A stretch of 27,823 bases of DNA from a candidate division Zixibacteria bacterium 4484_93 (GTDB taxonomy: Bacteria > UBP14 > UBA6098 > 4484-93): contig NATO01000038.1 in NCBI GenBank assembly GCA_002085385.1, positions 1 to 27,823 on the forward strand, read 5' to 3'. Of this stretch, positions 23,419 through 27,823 are shown one piece after another; within the stretch, counting starts at the first letter, position 1, and every line of letters begins with the position of its first letter. The notes below the pieces were generated by a model. It saw only the letters and a program-made list of their open reading frames with translations, did no database searches and was not told where the DNA came from. The position numbers and the translations under genes are program-made.

Positions 23419-25434
23419 TCACGGTGCAATATCGAGAGGGAAGCGCCACTTATTAAGCAATGCCGAGTGGACGAATCTGCTCTGTGGGAGGGAAAACATC
23501 GGGTCTTTCTCAACAAGTTTTTCCGCAAGTTCCCGTCCCGACTGGATGACTGATGAGAACAGCCTGCGTGATAGGAACTCGAAACCAAGCCTTCCCGATT
23601 GCTCGCCTCCCCAGATATTGCCGGCGCCACGGGAGAGCATATCGAACTCGGAAATCTCGAACCCATCGGTCGAATGAGTGAGAAATTCAAGCCTTTTGCG
23701 AGCCTCCGACCCTTCCGGAGCATCGGTCAGCAGGATGCAGATAGCCTCGCCTCCACCTCTTCCTATTCTGCCTCGCATCTGATGAAGCTGTGACAAGCCG
23801 AAACGCTCCGCCGACTCAATCAGCATAAGGTTCGCCGAATGTATATCGAGTCCGACCTCGATAACACTCGTGGAGACAAGAATCTTCACCTTCCCCGACC
23901 TAAAATCATCGAGAACAGACACCCTCTCGGAAGCTGGCATCTCCCCATGAACCTCCGCAGAGGGAACACCTGGAAAACGCCTTCTTATCCTCCTTATCCC
24001 ATCCTTCAACGATGAGACCTCATCCGTCTCCTGGATGACCGGATGGATGATGAACAGCTGCTCTCCCTTATCAAGCCTTTTTTCGAGGTAGTTGAATACC
24101 CTCTCCCTCGCGGAGAAATCCCTGATATATGTTTCCACTCTGACAGGGTTCGGGCGGTGCCTCAGAGTCGATATATCGAGGTCACCGAAGTAAGCCAGAG
24201 CAAGGGTTCTCGGTATAGGGGTCGCTGTCATCATCAGAAGATGCCCACCTTCCATCCTCGACAAAAGTCTCATCCTCTGGGAGACACCAAACCGCTGCTG
24301 CTCATCTATTACGAGAAGTGCAAGCCGCGAGAACTCGAGACGCTCATCAAACATAGCATGCGTGCCAACGAGTATGTCAATATCACCTGAGGTGATACCA
24401 AGCATAATACGAGAACGTTCGAGGGGGTCGGTGGCACCCGTTAAAAGGGCGATATTTGCCCTGCTCCCCAGAATGCCTGTAAGATTTCTGTAGTGTTGGT
24501 ATGCAAGGATAACCGTTGGGACGAGAAAAACCACCTGATATCCCCGCTCAATGAATGCCAGCATAAGAACCACTGCACAGGCAGTTTTCCCACTTCCCAC
24601 CTCACCCTGAAGAAGACGGGACATACCATGCCCGGACGATATATCGCAGGCAAACTCACCGAGGACACGCCTCTGCTCAGCAGTGAACTCAAAAGGGAAG
24701 ATACCGCGGGCAATTCTGAGAAGTTCATCGGCAGAAACAGGCAATTTAACAGCAGAGCGTCTCTTCCTCCTCATAACAAATGCTATCTGGTTCATCAACA
24801 CCTCAAAGGAAAGAAGAGCTCGTCTGGCAACCTTTGCCTCATCCAAGTTCCTCGGGAAATGGGCAGAAAGATAGGCGGACTTCGGAGAAAATCTATATCC
24901 CTCAAACTCAAATCTATCATCCGGGAGCAGAGCGAGCGCAGATTTTACTATGGATATAAACCGCCTTTTCCCAACGGATGATAACCCGTGAGGAAGAAAA
25001 TATATCGGTTTAAGTCCTGTTTTTCTATCCTCCGGTGAGACAAGCGTCGGATGGGCAAAGCTCGGCTTACCACGAACAATCTTTGCATTACCCAGGATGC
25101 ACACATTCTTCCCTTTACCAAAGATAGCCGAAAGATACGGTGCCCACCAGAAGAAAATGATATTTGCAACCCCGGTATCGTCCTTCAAGCGGGCGCGGAA
25201 GAATCTCCTGCCAAAAAACCCTGTGCCAACTATCTCACCGCAGACGAGGTATCGCCCATCAGCCTTTATATTTCCTATCGGCGTCTGTTGCGGAATCTCC
25301 TCGTAGCGAGAAGGGAGAATATCGATTATATCACTGATTGTCTCTATCCCTGCGGAGGCAAACCGCTTCTGAAGTTTCGGTCCCACACCTTTAACCTTTA
25401 TCGTGGAGAGGGACGCCACTTGCCAGAAATCCAT
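23419..25434 (-). CDS. recG: ATP-dependent DNA helicase RecG
   Basis: KGVGPK, wedge/OB domain, LLQGEVGSGKT, DEQQRFG, MTATPIPRTL, AERFGLSQLHQMRGRIGRG, TDGFEISEFD..RGAG...GGEQSG; 671 aa. Confidence 0.94.
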   Translation of the reverse strand: MDFWQVASLSTIKVKGVGPKLQKRFASAGIETISDIIDILPSRYEEIPQQTPIGNIKADGRYLVCGEIVGTGFFGRRFFRARLKDDTGVANIIFFWWAPYLSAIFGKGKNVCILGNAKIVRGKPSFAHPTLVSPEDRKTGLKPIYFLPHGLSSVGKRRFISIVKSALALLPDDRFEFEGYRFSPKSAYLSAHFPRNLDEAKVARRALLSFEVLMNQIAFVMRRKRRSAVKLPVSADELLRIARGIFPFEFTAEQRRVLGEFACDISSGHGMSRLLQGEVGSGKTACAVVLMLAFIERGYQVVFLVPTVILAYQHYRNLTGILGSRANIALLTGATDPLERSRIMLGITSGDIDILVGTHAMFDERLEFSRLALLVIDEQQRFGVSQRMRLLSRMEGGHLLMMTATPIPRTLALAYFGDLDISTLRHRPNPVRVETYIRDFSARERVFNYLEKRLDKGEQLFIIHPVIQETDEVSSLKDGIRRIRRRFPGVPSAEVHGEMPASERVSVLDDFRSGKVKILVSTSVIEVGLDIHSANLMLIESAERFGLSQLHQMRGRIGRGGGEAICILLTDAPEGSEARKRLEFLTHSTDGFEISEFDMLSRGAGNIWGGEQSGRLGFEFLSRRLFSSVIQSGRELAEKLVEKDPMFSLPQSRFVHSALLNKWRFPLDIAP

Positions 25435-25518
25435 ACTGCAAATATAATCTGAGCAGGGAATTTCAAAAGGGGTTTCTTCTTGCTAACAGAACATATTTTT
25501 GTATTTTCTTTACTTGGT

Positions 25519-26538
25519 ATGCGAAAAATGATTTTTCTATCAGCCCTTTTTTTCGCCCTTCTTGTAATCGGCTGCAGCAGGTATAAGCCCGATGCAATGG
25601 GGAGTTATAATGAACTTATAACCTTCGGCAATAAAGCGATAGTTGATTCTGTCAAGCCAGCCCTTATGGATGTCTGGAGCAAAACTATTCGGACACCGCA
25701 GGAGGAAAAGCTATATCGAATACTCTACCGGAGGCCGGAGGAGTTCAAACATTACAGGAAATATCGCAACCTGCTTTTAATAGGGAGAATTGGAGCTTAT
25801 GACCCCATCTCCAAGATGGTGACGGAAGCACTCGATTCGGCAGCTCTCGAGGAGGCAAGGCTTGGCATCTCGTATATCTTCACCAAACAGGATATCTGGG
25901 CAAGAAATCAACTGGTTATATTTCTTGTCTCACCAGATGCAAATCTCCTGTCAGCAAACCTGATAAACGACAGAAGAGAACTATTCAAATATTTAGACCA
26001 ATCAGTCAACGAGAGACTCTCGGAATGGCTATACGACAGGGTTCAGGGAATGGGTGAACAGTTTGAAATCGAGGATTCGCTGAGAAATCTTTTCGGCTAC
26101 TCCATCCGCATACCAAGAAATTTCGATATAGAGACACTCTCGAATAACTTCGTCTGGCTACGAGCACTTGCACCCGACAGATGGGTATTCATCTGGTTCA
26201 CGAACGAGCCACCGGAGAGCCTCTCTATCAAGTGGTGGAGAGAGACACGGGATAGTCTCTGTTCACTCTATTATGAGGGAGATATCGTCGTTGCTGGAAC
26301 AGAACAGCTGGAGCAAACGGAGGGGTTAGGAGATAATCCTGTCTATAGGATAAGGTCGCTCTGGAAGAATCCGCATTCCCTTCTGGGGGGACCAATACTT
26401 TCTTACATCCTCTACGATGAGAGAACAGGCAGATTATACATAATCGATTGTGCTCTGTTCGCCGCTGGCACAAGAAAAGAACCGTATCTCAGACATTTGC
26501 AGATAATAGCGGAAAGTTTCAGACCAGTTTCAGAATAG
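25519..26538 (+). CDS. DUF4837-like lipoprotein
   Basis: ATG 25519; lipobox LVIG-C; KPDAMGSYNEL, TPQEE, DIWARNQLV, RDSLC..YYEGD, GGP, AGTRKEPYLR resemble DUF4837 from memory. Needs HMM confirmation. Confidence 0.65.
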   Translation: MRKMIFLSALFFALLVIGCSRYKPDAMGSYNELITFGNKAIVDSVKPALMDVWSKTIRTPQEEKLYRILYRRPEEFKHYRKYRNLLLIGRIGAYDPISKMVTEALDSAALEEARLGISYIFTKQDIWARNQLVIFLVSPDANLLSANLINDRRELFKYLDQSVNERLSEWLYDRVQGMGEQFEIEDSLRNLFGYSIRIPRNFDIETLSNNFVWLRALAPDRWVFIWFTNEPPESLSIKWWRETRDSLCSLYYEGDIVVAGTEQLEQTEGLGDNPVYRIRSLWKNPHSLLGGPILSYILYDERTGRLYIIDCALFAAGTRKEPYLRHLQIIAESFRPVSE

Positions 26539-27333
26539 CCGATCCGGGAGCTTACCTGCCGCCTGACCGAGAAGACGCTTGAATCTGAGCGCATCACCTG
26601 CCGCCTGACCATTGGTGCAGTTGTTGAAGAAAACAAAAAATTTCTCCGCCTTTTCCTCCAATCCGCCGATATCGGAGACAAAGACAGCAAGCTCACTATC
26701 CGAGTATGAATAGTTATAGCGCGCCTTTTCACCGTCATACCAGTGGCTGCTTCTGCCGTGCAGCCTGAGGTATCCAAGATTCGATACCACCTTCGGTATG
26801 TACGGGAAAAGCCTTGGAAGTGATGGCTCGTCAACGATGCAGTAACCTATACCCTTATCTCTTAGGAATTCAAACGAGCGCTCCTGTGCCCAGCTCGGGT
26901 TCCTGAACTCGACAACGAGAGGAAAAGGAGAGAGTTTATCCTTCAAAAGCTCGAGATAATCGAGCGATTTCTGTGAGAAGAAAAAATCCGGCGGCATCTG
27001 GGCAAGAAGAGCAGCAAGACGCCCTGTTCCATCGAATAGCGAAAGAGAATATTTGAACCTATCAAGCTTCGGCTGAAGAGGACCAACAGTCCGCTCATGT
27101 GTGAGCCCCCTGTGGAGTTTGACAGTGAAGACAAAATCATCCGATGTGCGGGAGAGCATCGCACCGAACGAGCGAGGCGAGGGAACAGAATAGAATGTAA
27201 AGTTCAGCTCGACGCAGTCAAAGCCGAGTATCTGCTCATAATAGGTGAGAGCATCTTCACCCTTAACATCTGGTGGATAAACTATCCCCTTCCAATCGGG
27301 GAACAGGAAACCGCTTGTGCCAACCCTTATCAT
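26530..27333 (-). CDS. DUF72 (YecE/YunF-like) TIM-barrel protein
   Basis: MIRVGTSGF..PDW, ELNFTFY, VKLHRGLTH, QMPPDF, VEFRNPSW, YLRLHGR, RYNYSYS, FFNN; 267 aa; ATGA overlap with the upstream stop. Confidence 0.9.
   Translation of the reverse strand: MIRVGTSGFLFPDWKGIVYPPDVKGEDALTYYEQILGFDCVELNFTFYSVPSPRSFGAMLSRTSDDFVFTVKLHRGLTHERTVGPLQPKLDRFKYSLSLFDGTGRLAALLAQMPPDFFFSQKSLDYLELLKDKLSPFPLVVEFRNPSWAQERSFEFLRDKGIGYCIVDEPSLPRLFPYIPKVVSNLGYLRLHGRSSHWYDGEKARYNYSYSDSELAVFVSDIGGLEEKAEKFFVFFNNCTNGQAAGDALRFKRLLGQAAGKLPDRLF
26554..26610. repeat. 15-bp perfect direct repeat with 42-bp period at the DUF72 3' end
   Basis: acctgccgcctgacc at 26554-26568 and 26596-26610; it encodes GQAAG twice. Confidence 0.9.
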
Positions 27334-27821
27334 TTGAGGAGAATAAGCTTTTTTACATCGGAGAAAGAATCTGCCCTCATCCGGCAGAAATAGATACCCG
27401 AAGGCAGATTGCCCGCATCCCATAAAACGGCATATCTCCCCGGTGCGGAGGGAGTCTGTCTGATGTCGGCAACCTTCTTACCCAGAATATCGAATATCTC
27501 AAGATGAACGGGAACAGCACCGGCAACCGTATAGTCAATCCTGCAGACGGAGTTAAACGGATTCGGGAAACCATTTCCCAGAGCAAATTCATAAGGTATA
27601 TCTTTATCCACACCGAGCAATCTAAAATCGAGAAGAATTGCCGCAGTATCATACGGTTGAACAAGCTCGGTCTCACCGAGATAGACAAGCAGTGTCTCGG
27701 GCTCGGTATCCTCGATATGGACAACGGCACGCCCATCGGAGAACTCCGGGTCAGATGGAGTGAATGTCGCTGAACCGTTGGGGTTCCCCTCAAGCCAGTA
27801 AAGGTCAACAACACCATCATA
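27330..27821 (-). CDS. 3' end of a secreted protein with an Ig-like segment and a PNPFN (T9SS type-A-like) C-terminal domain (5' end outside window)
   Basis: The frame is open from the window edge: YDGVVDLYWLEGNPNGSATFTPSDPEFSDGRAVVHIEDTEPETLLV...FPNPFNSVCRIDY...FDILGKKV...SGIYFCR...KKLILLK*. The ORF track shows only the last 96 aa. Confidence 0.85.
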   Translation of the reverse strand, partial: YDGVVDLYWLEGNPNGSATFTPSDPEFSDGRAVVHIEDTEPETLLVYLGETELVQPYDTAAILLDFRLLGVDKDIPYEFALGNGFPNPFNSVCRIDYTVAGAVPVHLEIFDILGKKVADIRQTPSAPGRYAVLWDAGNLPSGIYFCRMRADSFSDVKKLILLK

Positions 27822-27823
27822 AG

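Noticed and set aside
23376-23723. N-terminal 116-aa extension of ORF 22935..23723
   Set aside because: It overlaps recG by about 300 bp in another frame; the ferritin-like pattern begins at ATG 23375.
27604-27612. Perfect DnaA box TTATCCACA
   Set aside because: It is isolated and inside a coding region, with no box cluster or AT-rich unwinding element.
27377-27820. 147-aa minus-strand ORF suggesting a frameshift in the last gene
   Set aside because: Manual translation shows the CTD frame is open to the window edge, so this ORF is an alternate-frame shadow.

Overview
Bacterial chromosomal DNA with no rRNA, tRNA, CRISPR array or mobile element. The left half (1-14104, minus strand) is a tightly coupled dcw operon: mraZ-rsmH-ftsL-ftsI-murE-murF-[extra 93-aa ORF]-mraY-murD-ftsW-murG-murC-murB-ftsQ(partial). 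Divergent from it is a four-subunit 2-oxoacid:ferredoxin oxidoreductase operon (gamma-delta-alpha-beta). Next come a RocA/PruA-type P5C dehydrogenase, a large Cys/Asp-rich secreted mosaic protein ending in a Kazal domain (broken by a frameshift), an acidic secreted repeat protein with a PNPFN-type (T9SS-A/FlgD-Ig-like) C-terminal domain, a degenerate ferritin-like protein, recG, a DUF4837-like lipoprotein, a DUF72 protein and the 3' end of a second PNPFN-CTD protein. The CTDs, DUF4837 and PFOR suggest an anaerobic FCB-superphylum lineage (inference only). The most notable points are the unknown ORF coupled inside dcw, the lectin-like/PA14-like/Ig-like/Kazal mosaic protein, three separate lesions (27-bp duplication in the MurE active-site loop, in-frame deletion in PorB, frameshifting deletion in the mosaic gene), and very strong GATC avoidance. 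The lesions may be assembly artefacts. All family calls come from motif recognition by eye; no database searches were run.
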